IMG/VR virus record: IMGVR_UViG_3300011115_000316
Location: 1-61,312 of that record
Reading direction: 5' to 3' (one strand)
Source: a virus
Lineage: Duplodnaviria > Caudoviricetes
Length of the DNA stretch: 61,312 bases
Shown here: one piece after another, positions 1 to 9,385 of the stretch
Layout of the letters: each line of letters begins with the position of its first letter
Numbering within the stretch: the stretch's first letter is position 1
The notes under the pieces: generated by a model
Told to the model about the DNA's origin: nothing
Database searches by the model: none
The model's input: the letters and a program-made list of their open reading frames with translations, nothing else
Position numbers and translations under genes: made by a program

Positions 1-169
1 TTTGCTCCAACGGGTAAGCGTCCCTCTGATCCAGAGGTAAACGACCTTGAGCGGGGTATAAAACATGGCCTACTCCTACAGTGTGAAGACGCGCCGGGCA
101 AATATATGGCCGATACCGCACGCCTTCGTGGTGCTTGATCATCTCTTTGCAGCGGTCGGAGACTTTCAA
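1..169 (-). CDS. Lysozyme/endolysin (GH24-like), N-terminal part, runs off the window edge
   Basis: Manual translation from TTG at 169 (overlapping the upstream stop): MKVSDRCKEMIKHHEGVRYRPYICPARLHTVGVGH..., with the EG-x7-C/D-x5-T-x-GxGH pattern; not in the ORF track. Confidence 0.85.
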   Translation of the reverse strand, partial: MKVSDRCKEMIKHHEGVRYRPYICPARLHTVGVGHVLYPAQGRLPLDQRDAYPLEQ

Positions 170-657
170 TCCTTGCCACCTTTAAACGCCCGTCCACCAA
201 AATGGAAGCTGATGATGCTGGCAAAGATGATCTGGGTGTCGGCGTCCCACAGTTTTGCAATCAGCACATCAAATGCAATGTCTCTCTGCCAAGCATAGAT
301 AAAGCCGCCGATTTCCACGAAGGCAAACAGCCCGAAGAAACCATAGGTCAGTATCGGGCGCACACCAGAGCGCAAGTTGATCATCCACTGACTAGCGCCT
401 TGGCCTATGGCGATGTCGTGGGCGTACAGGGCTGCGCGTTCTGATGCCTCGGCTTCGATAGCCTGACCTTCGACTTTTATCTCTTCTACTCGCTGCTGAG
501 CTTCAAACCCGGCCTTGCGTAGCTCAAGCTCACGCTCAATCTGCAACTGGGCCATTGCCATCTCATGCTTCTTATCGGCACGATCCTGGAAGAAACCAAG
601 CAGCTTTGGCAATCCTCCGGCAAGGAAGCTAATCAGGGTGGAAAATAGTGTTAGCAT
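166..657 (-). CDS. Holin-like membrane protein
   Basis: N-terminal hydrophobic helix, coiled coil, VRP motif plus two TM segments and FxFGGR tail; adjacent to lysozyme. Confidence 0.65.
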   Translation of the reverse strand: MLTLFSTLISFLAGGLPKLLGFFQDRADKKHEMAMAQLQIERELELRKAGFEAQQRVEEIKVEGQAIEAEASERAALYAHDIAIGQGASQWMINLRSGVRPILTYGFFGLFAFVEIGGFIYAWQRDIAFDVLIAKLWDADTQIIFASIISFHFGGRAFKGGKD

Positions 658-875
658 TATTTTTCTTCCTCATGCGATAGTTTGACACCAGCCAATAAGC
701 CAATGAAGCCTCCAACAATAGTCTGAAATGCTGGGCTGATCAATTCAAAAATCTTGTTGTTGTCTACTTTCTCATTAAACAGTCCAAGCAACATGACACC
801 TACCATACCCATAACAACGATGCAAAGCGTCAGGCTAACCATCAGCGTCACAAAAAAGGTGAGTTTGGCTTTCAT
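657..875 (-). CDS. Small two-TM membrane protein (lysis region)
   Basis: ATG at 875 overlaps the upstream stop; two hydrophobic segments. Confidence 0.65.
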   Translation of the reverse strand: MKAKLTFFVTLMVSLTLCIVVMGMVGVMLLGLFNEKVDNNKIFELISPAFQTIVGGFIGLLAGVKLSHEEEK

Positions 876-1126
876 TTTTTCCAAAACTGAACAAGTGAAA
901 ATACCACGGTTGCGGCTGCCCAAACGCCCATGCCGCGGTTAACCCATTGGTCTATCTTGCGATCAACTCTCTGCAAAGTAACGTCATATATGCCTGACTT
1001 GACTTCCAAATTGCCAATGCGATGGCCTTGAGTTGCTTGACGCTCTTCAAACAAAACTAGTTTTCCGACAGCGTCGGTCAACTTGTCAACCTTGCTTTCC
1101 AAGCGCCTGAAATCATCGTCAGTCAT
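872..1126 (-). CDS. Coiled-coil protein with C-terminal TM helix (lysis region)
   Basis: Heptad-like N-terminus, hydrophobic C-terminus ending WKK. Confidence 0.65.
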   Translation of the reverse strand: MTDDDFRRLESKVDKLTDAVGKLVLFEERQATQGHRIGNLEVKSGIYDVTLQRVDRKIDQWVNRGMGVWAAATVVFSLVQFWKK

Positions 1127-1150
1127 ATTTATTTTCAGGCGCTTGCCAAT

Positions 1151-1384
1151 TCAATTTTGTATGGTTTCTGCTGCCTCGGCAGGCTGCTCTACCAGTGCCT
1201 GCTTCAGCATGCTGAAAAATGAATCCCGCCCCACCTGCAGCTGGTCCAGATTGAACTTCGCCGAAGCCACCTTGCGCTCCAGATCAACTACGTGGTCTAG
1301 GAGTGCTTTTTGCTGCTCCTTCAAAGAACCGATATCGTACTCAACGCCGTCGATGATGAGTTGGGGTTTTGTGTTGTTGCCCAT
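1151..1384 (-). CDS. Hypothetical coiled-coil protein
   Basis: AAGGA RBS before ATG at 1384; IIDGVEY start typical of small tail-region proteins. Confidence 0.65.
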   Translation of the reverse strand: MGNNTKPQLIIDGVEYDIGSLKEQQKALLDHVVDLERKVASAKFNLDQLQVGRDSFFSMLKQALVEQPAEAAETIQN

Positions 1385-1432
1385 TTCATACTTCCTTTTC
1401 AAGTGCCGCCAAGGTCGGGTGACGGCTTCCCG

Positions 1433-1618
1433 TTATTTTTGAGACAGGGGTAAGGTAGTCACGATGCGAAGCAAGGTCACTGCAACCGCGATGGCGATGC
1501 CAACCAGCATTTGCCCCACCGGGGTGATCGGCAGCAGGAACACGTAGGCTTGCATGATCGACAGGACTGCGAGGATGATGGCAAACCAGACGGTCTTGGA
1601 TTTCAAGATTGGGGGCAT
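1433..1618 (-). CDS. Small two-TM holin-like protein
   Basis: GGAG RBS before ATG at 1618; KSKTVWF...LRIVTT with two TM helices. Confidence 0.6.
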   Translation of the reverse strand: MPPILKSKTVWFAIILAVLSIMQAYVFLLPITPVGQMLVGIAIAVAVTLLRIVTTLPLSQK

Positions 1619-1652
1619 AGTTCGTACTCCGCAGTTACAGGTTCGGCCTTGG

Positions 1653-1931
1653 TTACAGACTTGGTTGCAGGGCATCGGCTGCTTTGGGCTCAACAATTGC
1701 TTGAGCCGCTTGATACGCCGCAACCACTTCAGCAGTCCATGCCGTATTGCAATGAGCCGCAACATTGGCGGGGATGCCCGTCAGGTCTTGCCCCGGCGTC
1801 AGACTGCTGCGGTGGTAGGTCTTGGTTATCGCAACGCCGTTTTCCAAGAAGCTCGTTGCTTCACGGTAAAAAATTGTGCCGTTCTCGGTTACTGTGATTT
1901 GGTCAACAGTTGTGGTTTTGGTAAGTGACAT
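1653..1931 (-). CDS. Small tail-fibre-associated protein
   Basis: AAGGA RBS; VDQITV...YHR...AWT pattern commonly seen after tail fibres. Confidence 0.65.
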   Translation of the reverse strand: MSLTKTTTVDQITVTENGTIFYREATSFLENGVAITKTYHRSSLTPGQDLTGIPANVAAHCNTAWTAEVVAAYQAAQAIVEPKAADALQPSL

Positions 1932-1971
1932 AATTTTCCTTTGGTTAGTGTCCGACCTGCAATCAGGTTAA

Positions 1972-3690
1972 TTAAACAAAATACGTCATGCTAAAGAAAA
2001 GATCAGAAGTGTCGGCAGTTGCACCAGCATCAATATCGGCAGCAGTCAACGATGCTGAAGCATTAAGCGAGTCAAACGGAGTAAGCAATACTTCTAACGT
2101 AGCCGTATTGATTAATGTTCGGATAGTAACAACGTTACCTGCTTTGCCAATACGTATAACACCTGCTACTGCGGCGCCTCCGTAGTAGGCTTGCCCATTG
2201 CCAATTGTAAAAGGCAATCCGCCAATAACATAATTACCAGCGGCAGTGCCTTTGACAATTCCAAACCTACAAGTAAGATTAACTGCTCTACCAATTTTCG
2301 TATAAAGGCCAGCTCGATAGCCATAGGTAAGTGTTCCGTTGCCACCACTAAAAACAGCAACTGGCGACCAAGTACCTTCCTCATAGTCATCCAGCGTGTT
2401 GGCGTCTGTAGCGTCAACCGCAGTGGCGGGGAATGTAATCCCGCTTTTCAGTTGCAGCACACCGCCGTTTGCGTTTGCAGTGGCAACTCCCACTAAGAGG
2501 TTGCCAGAGGAGTCGAGGGTCATGGTGTTGACATACCCTGCCGTGCCTGTGTAAAACAGCAACGAGCCACCAGTACCGAGCAGTGCAACATTATTGTTTG
2601 CGGAAATCCATTGAAAACTTGTGTTGGCTGTGGCGCAAGATATATTCCCCGTCGCACTCAGCGTCCCTGTTACTGCGAGTCCGGTGGAGGAAAGAACCAG
2701 TCTGTTAACCGCACTCGTACCAAAGAACATAGTGTCTGAGGTCATTGAGTACGTTATGTTCCCGCGATACTGATCGCCGCCTGCGGAGGTACTTTTGGCA
2801 AAGTTCAATGACGCCTGAACGCCCGTTGATCCGGGGAAAATGGTTAGCCCCGCCGAAGCCGCGCCCGCGCCAATTACCAAATTTGAACCGGCGTTTTCAC
2901 TAAACGTAGAGGTGGCTGTTGTTCCAACACCGACATTCCCCGTCGTACTCAGCGTAGTAAACGCACCAGCCAGCGGGGTAGTTGTTCCGATGATGACATT
3001 ATTAAGCTGATTGCCGCCACCTGCTACCGTGCCCGATAACGTGAATGCGCCGATGGTGTTGGCAGTCAGCGTAGTGCCGTTGAACAGCAAATTCGCAGAG
3101 TCTTGCAGCAACCCCGCAGTACCTGCGTAGGTCACCCGGCCAGAGGTCAGAGAGCTAAGGGACAGGCTTGCACCAGCGACGGTGCCTGTGAGGGTCGGGC
3201 TGGCAGACAGGACGGTGTTGCCGGTGCCTGTTGACGTAGTTACCCCTGTGCCGCCGGATAGGACTGGAAGGGCTGCTCCAAGGGTCAACGCTGCAAAGTA
3301 GTTCTGGGCAACGATGATGTCTGTGCCGTTGCTGACGAGTGCTATCTTTGCCGCAGCCGGGATAGACACTCCGGTCTGGCCGGTGACTTTGAACGTAATG
3401 GCCGATGCCGTGTTATTGAAAACAAAGTACATCTTTGTCTTGGTCGTGGGAACCGCAACACTACCCCCACCCGTACCATTAAGCTGGATGTAGATGCTTC
3501 GCGCCACACCGGTAGTGCCGTCAGGGATGGTGATCGTGTCTGCTCCCCCTGTGGCGCTGTACGCTTGATACCCCAAGGCTTCGTCCAGCATGTTAGTGAT
3601 ACTGGAGTTGACCGTTGTACCCCAAGTACCCGACAGTTCCCCCGTAGTTGGAAGTGCCAGAGCCAGATTTGAACTATATGATGTTGCCAT
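1972..3690 (-). CDS. Tail fibre protein
   Basis: N-terminal GELSGTWG anchor, Gly/Thr/Ala-rich body, LDDYEEGTW...YTKIGR C-terminal module. Confidence 0.85.
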   Translation of the reverse strand: MATSYSSNLALALPTTGELSGTWGTTVNSSITNMLDEALGYQAYSATGGADTITIPDGTTGVARSIYIQLNGTGGGSVAVPTTKTKMYFVFNNTASAITFKVTGQTGVSIPAAAKIALVSNGTDIIVAQNYFAALTLGAALPVLSGGTGVTTSTGTGNTVLSASPTLTGTVAGASLSLSSLTSGRVTYAGTAGLLQDSANLLFNGTTLTANTIGAFTLSGTVAGGGNQLNNVIIGTTTPLAGAFTTLSTTGNVGVGTTATSTFSENAGSNLVIGAGAASAGLTIFPGSTGVQASLNFAKSTSAGGDQYRGNITYSMTSDTMFFGTSAVNRLVLSSTGLAVTGTLSATGNISCATANTSFQWISANNNVALLGTGGSLLFYTGTAGYVNTMTLDSSGNLLVGVATANANGGVLQLKSGITFPATAVDATDANTLDDYEEGTWSPVAVFSGGNGTLTYGYRAGLYTKIGRAVNLTCRFGIVKGTAAGNYVIGGLPFTIGNGQAYYGGAAVAGVIRIGKAGNVVTIRTLINTATLEVLLTPFDSLNASASLTAADIDAGATADTSDLFFSMTYFV

Positions 3691-3700
3691 TTAAAACCTC

Positions 3701-4414
3701 TTACGTTGATATGCTCTGCCAGTTGGGTGTCTGTGGGACATTTATTACCCCCCATGCGGGGGTCTGCGGAACATTTATCACTCCCCATGCGGGGGTTTGC
3801 GAGTCATCAATAACGGACCAAAAAGCAATTCCAAAACTTTCTACTGCCCCTGTCGCCGCCACACCTGCTAGAGCAAGCGAGTGGCTAGGTGCTACTGACC
3901 CCACTGCCCCGGATGCCGATACACCTGTCAGGGCGGGGGAGTGTGCTACCCCTAGTGTTCCTGCTGCACCCGCCGACACAACACCTGTCAGGGCTATCGA
4001 GAAGTTGGGAGCTACAGTCCCGACAAACCCGCTGGCAAATGTTCCTGTCTCTACTAAAATATATGACGGTACTACCGTCCCAACTGCGCCTGTTGCCGCT
4101 ACACCTGTTAAGGCTGCCGATACACTAATTTTGACTGACCCAACGGCTCCCGTTGCTGCGTTTCCGGTCAGGGCTATGGATTTGGTAATTCCAACCGTGC
4201 CTACCGCGCCTACCGCCGCTACACCCGTGATAGCCTTGGCGGTGCTTGCTACAACTGTTCCCGCTGCCCCAGATGCCGTTACACCTGTTAAGGCTACCGA
4301 TACGCTAACTTTGACTGACCCAACGGCTCCCGTTGCTGCAACGCCCGTGATGACAACTGTACCGCCACCCCAGACACTGCTACTCCATGTATCGTCGCCC
4401 CAGCCAAGAGACAT
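3701..4414 (-). CDS. Virion structural protein with ALTGVxAxGAVG repeats
   Basis: ~20-aa repeats, WG-rich N-terminus, VINVPQTPAW tandem repeats at the C-terminus. Confidence 0.7.
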   Translation of the reverse strand: MSLGWGDDTWSSSVWGGGTVVITGVAATGAVGSVKVSVSVALTGVTASGAAGTVVASTAKAITGVAAVGAVGTVGITKSIALTGNAATGAVGSVKISVSAALTGVAATGAVGTVVPSYILVETGTFASGFVGTVAPNFSIALTGVVSAGAAGTLGVAHSPALTGVSASGAVGSVAPSHSLALAGVAATGAVESFGIAFWSVIDDSQTPAWGVINVPQTPAWGVINVPQTPNWQSIST

Positions 4415-4418
4415 GACA

Positions 4419-4919
4419 TCAGGTTGTTGACAACCGCAGAAGCGCAGTGGTCGTTGAACTTGTTGGCATGGTTAGCGTGAAAACACCTGCCGTGATGGTC
4501 TGGCTGCTGAAGGTGTGGACACTGACCGCTGTATTGCCCTGCGTGGAGTTGTAGACCAGCACCGCATCAAACGCAGCAAAGGTCACGGGTGTTGCACTTG
4601 CCCCATAGACAATGCTTGCCGAAGGTGTCCAATACGCCACACCCGCAGTACTAGAGCTATTTGTAGCTACAGGCACATTGGCGTTGGTAATGGTTTCACC
4701 GCCAGCAGAGTAGTTGGCTGAAGAGACTTCGTTGCTGGCACTGTACGCTGTGGTTGAGGCATTTACCGTTGCCCCAACAAGGTACAGCGCAGCTTTAAAC
4801 GTATCCTTTGTAGGCGCAGTCAAGCTAGTCCTGCTGGTCAGTGTGATGCTGCCAAATTGGTGCCCGCCATTGAGCAACTGGCCCATGAAGGAAGTGCACA
4901 TTGATTGCGTGTTTGCCAT
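4419..4919 (-). CDS. Virion structural protein (paralogue of 5108-5524)
   Basis: Shares TSF...F.xALY...YsAsnE...YxAxG...LxYN...V with the neighbouring gene. Confidence 0.7.
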   Translation of the reverse strand: MANTQSMCTSFMGQLLNGGHQFGSITLTSRTSLTAPTKDTFKAALYLVGATVNASTTAYSASNEVSSANYSAGGETITNANVPVATNSSSTAGVAYWTPSASIVYGASATPVTFAAFDAVLVYNSTQGNTAVSVHTFSSQTITAGVFTLTMPTSSTTTALLRLSTT

Positions 4920-4922
4920 GAT

Positions 4923-5111
4923 TTATCCTAGTGAAGCTGCTTCAAGACCCGACAGCATGGCCTTTTTCAAAGCCACATGTGCAGAACGATGTACCAATTC
5001 GCCCCCCAACCAATACTCAACCCATGTCGTGGTTTCGTTGGCGTTGTCTATGGTTCCTTCCCGCTTGTCCAGCAGGGCTTCGTCCATCAGACCCTTGGTC
5101 GTTGTGATCAT
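4923..5111 (-). CDS. Hypothetical protein
   Basis: ATGA overlap with the upstream gene; ITTTKG...EYW...VHRS pattern. Confidence 0.7.
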   Translation of the reverse strand: MITTTKGLMDEALLDKREGTIDNANETTTWVEYWLGGELVHRSAHVALKKAMLSGLEAASLG

Positions 5112-5524
5112 GGTAACCTTATTAGGGCCGTTGTAGCGGAGTTGGTCGGCATGACAACGGTAAACGATGTGGCAGTGGTTTTGTCAGCGCCAAAGTCCAG
5201 TACGGCCACCGATTTGTTGCTCTTGGATGCATTGTAAATCAGTGCCCCCCGTGCTGTAAACGCACCGGTAGTCCAGACAACATTGCTGAAGTTTACAAAG
5301 GCGGTGGTGTCTGTGACACTGACCGAGATGCCTGTCATAACTTGCCCTGCCGCCGTGTAGCCCGTACCTGAGATCTCCCCAGTCGCTGTGTAAACGGTGG
5401 TGGCTGCCCCTATATCAGCGTTGGCTGTGTACAGCGCCATATAAAAGGTGTCCGTGGAGAAATCATGCACCGCCTCAAGCAGTTGCTGCTTGAAGGATGT
5501 AGTCAGGGTTTGGGCAATGCTCAT
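5108..5524 (-). CDS. Virion structural protein
   Basis: TSFK...ALY...TARGALIYN...AVLDFG pattern; ATGA overlap. Confidence 0.75.
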   Translation of the reverse strand: MSIAQTLTTSFKQQLLEAVHDFSTDTFYMALYTANADIGAATTVYTATGEISGTGYTAAGQVMTGISVSVTDTTAFVNFSNVVWTTGAFTARGALIYNASKSNKSVAVLDFGADKTTATSFTVVMPTNSATTALIRLP

Positions 5525-6183
5525 GTTACTGGAATCCTAACTTGCCCACTGCGGTATGCGTCTTGACGCTCCAGCCCGTCACCCAGACGTTTGAGTTGCC
5601 CCATTGCTTCTTTGTACTTGCCGTCATACAGGGCAATCATGTCCGTCTCACCCTTCATGTAGGTGTACGCCTCAACCAGTGTCCCATACAAAAGCACAGG
5701 GTCGTAGTTGTCCCCCAGCCATGTGGTCGAGGCAGTGACGATGGACTCGGGGTAGTAGTAATAATGAAGCTCCATGCTGTAAGCAGCGTCTGGAGTAGGG
5801 CCGATGAGGAACGTGAGTTCTGTCGTAATAACGCTGGATGCCACAGCGGGGCCAAACAAAGCGTAGAACTTAGGCGACCCTGTGGATGTTGGCTTGGGAT
5901 ACGCTTCCCGGATGAAGTTTACGTCCTTGTTCAACAGGAACGTGTACGCCCCGGTGGTGGGGTCTATTGCCGCCAAAGAGTAAGAAGACAAGAAGTCATC
6001 AGGGCAAGCCAAGTACTTGTTGCTTGCCGTTGTGATGCCGGTCACATTCTTACGTAGTGCTGGAATCTGTACGGTGTTGTATATACGTTTCTCTGCCTGT
6101 GTGATAAACAAATTCATGTCCACAGTAGGAAAGGTGTTCTCCGTGTAGGAGGAAACCGCAGAAACCAACGCAGCGTAGTTCAT
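5521..6183 (-). CDS. Head-tail adaptor / tail tubular A-like protein
   Basis: FITQAEKRI...PTPD...LLYGTLVEAY adaptor pattern. Confidence 0.7.
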   Translation of the reverse strand: MNYAALVSAVSSYTENTFPTVDMNLFITQAEKRIYNTVQIPALRKNVTGITTASNKYLACPDDFLSSYSLAAIDPTTGAYTFLLNKDVNFIREAYPKPTSTGSPKFYALFGPAVASSVITTELTFLIGPTPDAAYSMELHYYYYPESIVTASTTWLGDNYDPVLLYGTLVEAYTYMKGETDMIALYDGKYKEAMGQLKRLGDGLERQDAYRSGQVRIPVT

Positions 6184-6416
6184 GCCATCGGGCCTCTAGA
6201 CATCAAACCTTTGGTAGCTGCACCAGTTCCACGCATCTTAATACCCGAGGTCTTTACACCGGGCTGCTCTTGGTTGGTAATGCGCCCAATCGAAGCACGG
6301 ACGTTGTTCAACATGCTCATGTCTTTGCCCTTGCCGGGGTTCGCTTCCACGGTCACGGGTTTGTTCGTCATGGTGTGCGGCTTTGCGTACGCCGCTGCCT
6401 GTTTGTTGTTGATCAT
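6180..6416 (-). CDS. Small basic protein
   Basis: K/G-rich, RGTGAATKG tail; tightly packed in the operon. Confidence 0.7.
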   Translation of the reverse strand: MINNKQAAAYAKPHTMTNKPVTVEANPGKGKDMSMLNNVRASIGRITNQEQPGVKTSGIKMRGTGAATKGLMSRGPMA

Positions 6417-6417
6417 C

Positions 6418-6606
6418 TTAGCCTCCGCGACCAGATTTCTGGTTCATCACTTTAGCCATTCCGCGCCCGTACTTCATCATGTCCATGTCGGTCTTGCCGC
6501 CTTTGGAAAACTTGGTCATGGGTTTGCCGGGATGCAGCCGCTTCTCATGCTTGTGCACGGCCCCGGCCATCATCTTTTTGTCCTGCTTCATGTCTGCCTT
6601 GTCCAT
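6418..6606 (-). CDS. Small basic K/M-rich protein
   Basis: AGGAG RBS; HKHE and FSKGG motifs. Confidence 0.7.
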   Translation of the reverse strand: MDKADMKQDKKMMAGAVHKHEKRLHPGKPMTKFSKGGKTDMDMMKYGRGMAKVMNQKSGRGG

Positions 6607-6614
6607 ATCAACTC

Positions 6615-6998
6615 CTAAGTTACTGTAACTGAGCCAAGTTCTAATTCTGCCACCAAATAGTTGGGCGTTAGCCCATCATCGTTTGCCCTAGACCCGCCTA
6701 CCGGGTTCCAGTTCCACTGAAACACTCTGCTTCCTTCGCCCGGATATCCGTCCACCAACAAGCCAGAAGCGTAATAACTCAAATCTCTGCGTGGATCACG
6801 CAAGCCTTGCGGATCGTCCACCGGATACATGCCGAGTTGCAACTGCGGTTGATCGGGTGTCCAGCAAGTTGGGCACACCAGCAAATTGTACGTTTTAGTC
6901 TTGACGACTTCCTTCTTCAGTTCCTTCAGCTTGTAGCGAAACCCGCAGCGGTCACACTCCGCTATCGCATTCTTACCTGATGCAAACCTATTGCCCAT
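6615..6998 (-). CDS. Zn-finger hypothetical protein
   Basis: CDRC and CPTC pairs. Confidence 0.75.
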   Translation of the reverse strand: MGNRFASGKNAIAECDRCGFRYKLKELKKEVVKTKTYNLLVCPTCWTPDQPQLQLGMYPVDDPQGLRDPRRDLSYYASGLLVDGYPGEGSRVFQWNWNPVGGSRANDDGLTPNYLVAELELGSVTVT

Positions 6999-7000
6999 GA

Positions 7001-7918
7001 TTACATAAACATTTGTCTAGGTACAAATCTTATGGCTGCACGCTCTCTATCCTCGGAAGCCGCGAGTTCCCACGCCTCATCGTACTGCTCCTTCAAAACC
7101 TGTAAACGCCCCATGCCATTGGGCAGCTTGAGCGCCAAGTAGTAGGCCAACCCCGCTGCTACGCAAGGTATGAACCGAAACGGGACATCCATCGTATCAG
7201 AGCCGTCTCCAGCGTTCTGGTTCCTGCGCAACCGCCAGTACACGAAGGTGTAGGTCTGGGAGCCATCCGGAGTGGGCCAGACGGTGATTGCAGGGGGATT
7301 TGATACATAGACTACTGCGGCAGTCAAATGCGTTGCTGCGGTGGTGTTCGCCTGCCCTCTGGAGCACGCTGTCAGGACATTGCCCACGATGTAGCCGTAG
7401 TAGATGATCTCGCTGTCCACCTTGATGTACCCGGCAGCGGCAAGCCCCACGACAGAACTCAGAGTGATGGTGGTGGCGGTAGCCGTCACGGCTCCGTTGA
7501 GGGTCAGCGTTGTAGTGGATGTCTGCCCTGAGTTGCGCTGCACCATAACCTGAATGGGTCTGGCTTGGGTCAGCTTGTTGGGTAGTGTGGCGTAGGTGCT
7601 GACGCTGATGCGAGTGATGGTCAGGTCTGCTTGGTTGGAGGTCGAGTTGGCATCGGTGCGGATGACATGCTCAAGCAAGTCCACGGTGTCTGTGGGTAGC
7701 GCGTAGGTGTTTAAACCTTGAGTCAGGGTGAACGACCCCTGCTCAATCGTCCACATGTTGATGCCCCGGTTGGCCCAATCCGCAAACATGATGTTGAGGG
7801 AGCGCCGTGCGGTACGCCTGTCATACCCGGAACGAAGCTCAGAACCCGCACGTTCAAATGCGTCTTCTATGACTTCACTCAAGTCCATGTCGAAGTTAGA
7901 GACGCCGGAAGTTGTCAT
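7001..7918 (-). CDS. Adaptor/tail tubular protein with an inserted beta-rich domain
   Basis: ARRSLN...WANRG, WPTPD and PFRFIPCVAAGLAYY patterns. Confidence 0.7.
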   Translation of the reverse strand: MTTSGVSNFDMDLSEVIEDAFERAGSELRSGYDRRTARRSLNIMFADWANRGINMWTIEQGSFTLTQGLNTYALPTDTVDLLEHVIRTDANSTSNQADLTITRISVSTYATLPNKLTQARPIQVMVQRNSGQTSTTTLTLNGAVTATATTITLSSVVGLAAAGYIKVDSEIIYYGYIVGNVLTACSRGQANTTAATHLTAAVVYVSNPPAITVWPTPDGSQTYTFVYWRLRRNQNAGDGSDTMDVPFRFIPCVAAGLAYYLALKLPNGMGRLQVLKEQYDEAWELAASEDRERAAIRFVPRQMFM

Positions 7919-8154
7919 TATCTGAATCCCGCTGTTTTCTTAGCAATCGTCTTGGGTTGGGCTACGAATTGTTTTCCATTGGCTTTACCGGCTCTTTTGG
8001 CTTTGGTTGTTGCGGCGTACTCAGCAGGGCTGAGACTTTTAATCGCGGCTTCCGGTAGGTATCTTTCACCTGTTTTAGAAGACGGTTTTCCACTTTTTGT
8101 TCTCCAATCCTGCTTTCCCCAATCCTTCAGGGATTGCTGTGGAGCTTTAATCAC
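7918..8154 (-). CDS. Small basic protein
   Basis: GTG start overlapping the upstream stop; SLKDWGKQDW...GERYLP. Confidence 0.7.
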   Translation of the reverse strand: MIKAPQQSLKDWGKQDWRTKSGKPSSKTGERYLPEAAIKSLSPAEYAATTKAKRAGKANGKQFVAQPKTIAKKTAGFR

Positions 8155-8434
8155 GGTAGCCCCCACCGGCATCTTTATATCGTTTAGCCATCAACTGAGC
8201 TTTCCTAGCTGACCACTGACCTGCACCCGTACCTTGCACAGCAGAGGCTTTGATGCTGTTGAAAATCTGTTTACGCAGATCAGGTTTGGTGTAATTGCCC
8301 GCCTCATTGACCTTTGACTTTACTTCCCCGCCCTCTTTGTACTGAGTGAAGTCCGTGTTGTCACGGCGCTTCTTGCGCTTGCCGGTAGGCATCTTACTGG
8401 GGTCAATGGCCCCCATACCCCTTGAGGCTCTCAT
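8147..8434 (-). CDS. Small basic protein
   Basis: NYTKP...GQWSARKAQ...GGGY pattern. Confidence 0.7.
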   Translation of the reverse strand: MRASRGMGAIDPSKMPTGKRKKRRDNTDFTQYKEGGEVKSKVNEAGNYTKPDLRKQIFNSIKASAVQGTGAGQWSARKAQLMAKRYKDAGGGYRD

Positions 8435-9376
8435 TTAGCACATCCGTCCACGGGTCTTACCCCGCTGCGCTATGCCATCTGCACGAGATGAGACGGAGCC
8501 GCCGGATGCATACTTCTTGACTGCGCCGCCACGCTTCATCGCGCTTGGACCCCGTGCATCAGACAGCTTGCGGGCGGCTTCTTTGACGTTGTCTGCCTCG
8601 TCCTTGGGACCAGCGAGTTTCTTCTGTGGGCCAGACACTTTGGGGGTCGCCCTCTCTGCCGCTTTGGCACCAGCCCCAGCTTCCGTGGCAACAACATCCG
8701 TGCTTTTGCCTGCAAGGCGCGGAGCATTCATTACTCTGCCTGCGGTTCCCCCCAAGAAAGTCACAGGCGTTTCTGCCCCGGTAGACACCGCACGGCCCGA
8801 TTCTCGGGCAAGATACCTGCCCGCTAATTTACCCAACCCCGCCCTAAGCAGACTCGCCACGCCGCCGGCAAGAGTCTCAATGGGATAGGAACTCTCTAGC
8901 GCCTGTGACTGCTCCATTGCACTACGCCGCGCTTTACCCTCTGGGGTTTGTGCAGCTTCTTGCGCCCTTTGGTACTGCTGTTCTTTGCCGTACGCATCAG
9001 AGGTGGACGCGGGGTCTTCCCGCCGCGCTTTACCCTCTGGGGTTTGTGCAGCTTCTTGCGCCCTTTGGTACTGCTGTTCTTTGCCGTGCGCATCAGAGGT
9101 GGACGCGGGGTCTTCCCGCCGTGTAAGTCCTTGCTGCTGGTTCATGTAGTCGCGCAAGTTCAAGCCAGACGCCTGTAGTTGTTCTTTGGTGACCACCTTG
9201 GGCTTTGCCGTTGCGGCGTTTGCTCCACGCCCCCTTGCAGCTATCTCAAACTGGGGCTCTACCAGCGCAGCATTGTCCTCAACAAACTTCTGAGCACGCG
9301 CACGAGTGTCGTCGTCGATATTTTCGTTACGGCCCTCTCGGACAAAGCCCTTGTCTGCAAATTTGCGCATCTTCAT
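8435..9376 (-). CDS. Hypothetical protein, possibly internal virion
   Basis: AGGAG RBS; YASGG and ADGIAQRGKTRG tail; internal 32-aa duplication. Confidence 0.7.
   Translation of the reverse strand: MKMRKFADKGFVREGRNENIDDDTRARAQKFVEDNAALVEPQFEIAARGRGANAATAKPKVVTKEQLQASGLNLRDYMNQQQGLTRREDPASTSDAHGKEQQYQRAQEAAQTPEGKARREDPASTSDAYGKEQQYQRAQEAAQTPEGKARRSAMEQSQALESSYPIETLAGGVASLLRAGLGKLAGRYLARESGRAVSTGAETPVTFLGGTAGRVMNAPRLAGKSTDVVATEAGAGAKAAERATPKVSGPQKKLAGPKDEADNVKEAARKLSDARGPSAMKRGGAVKKYASGGSVSSRADGIAQRGKTRGRMC
8925..9121. repeat. 96-bp in-frame tandem duplication
   Basis: Copies start at 8925 and 9021 and differ at one base. Confidence 0.95.
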
Positions 9377-9385
9377 GTCAACTCC

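Noticed and set aside
1972-3690. Diversity-generating retroelement targeting the tail fibre
   Set aside because: No reverse transcriptase and no template/variable repeat pair seen
3648-4430. Long antisense ORFs (also 27473-28441, 36669-37589, 39552-40586, 47075-48001, 49052-50080)
   Set aside because: Shadows of real GC-rich or repetitive genes, with no recognisable motifs
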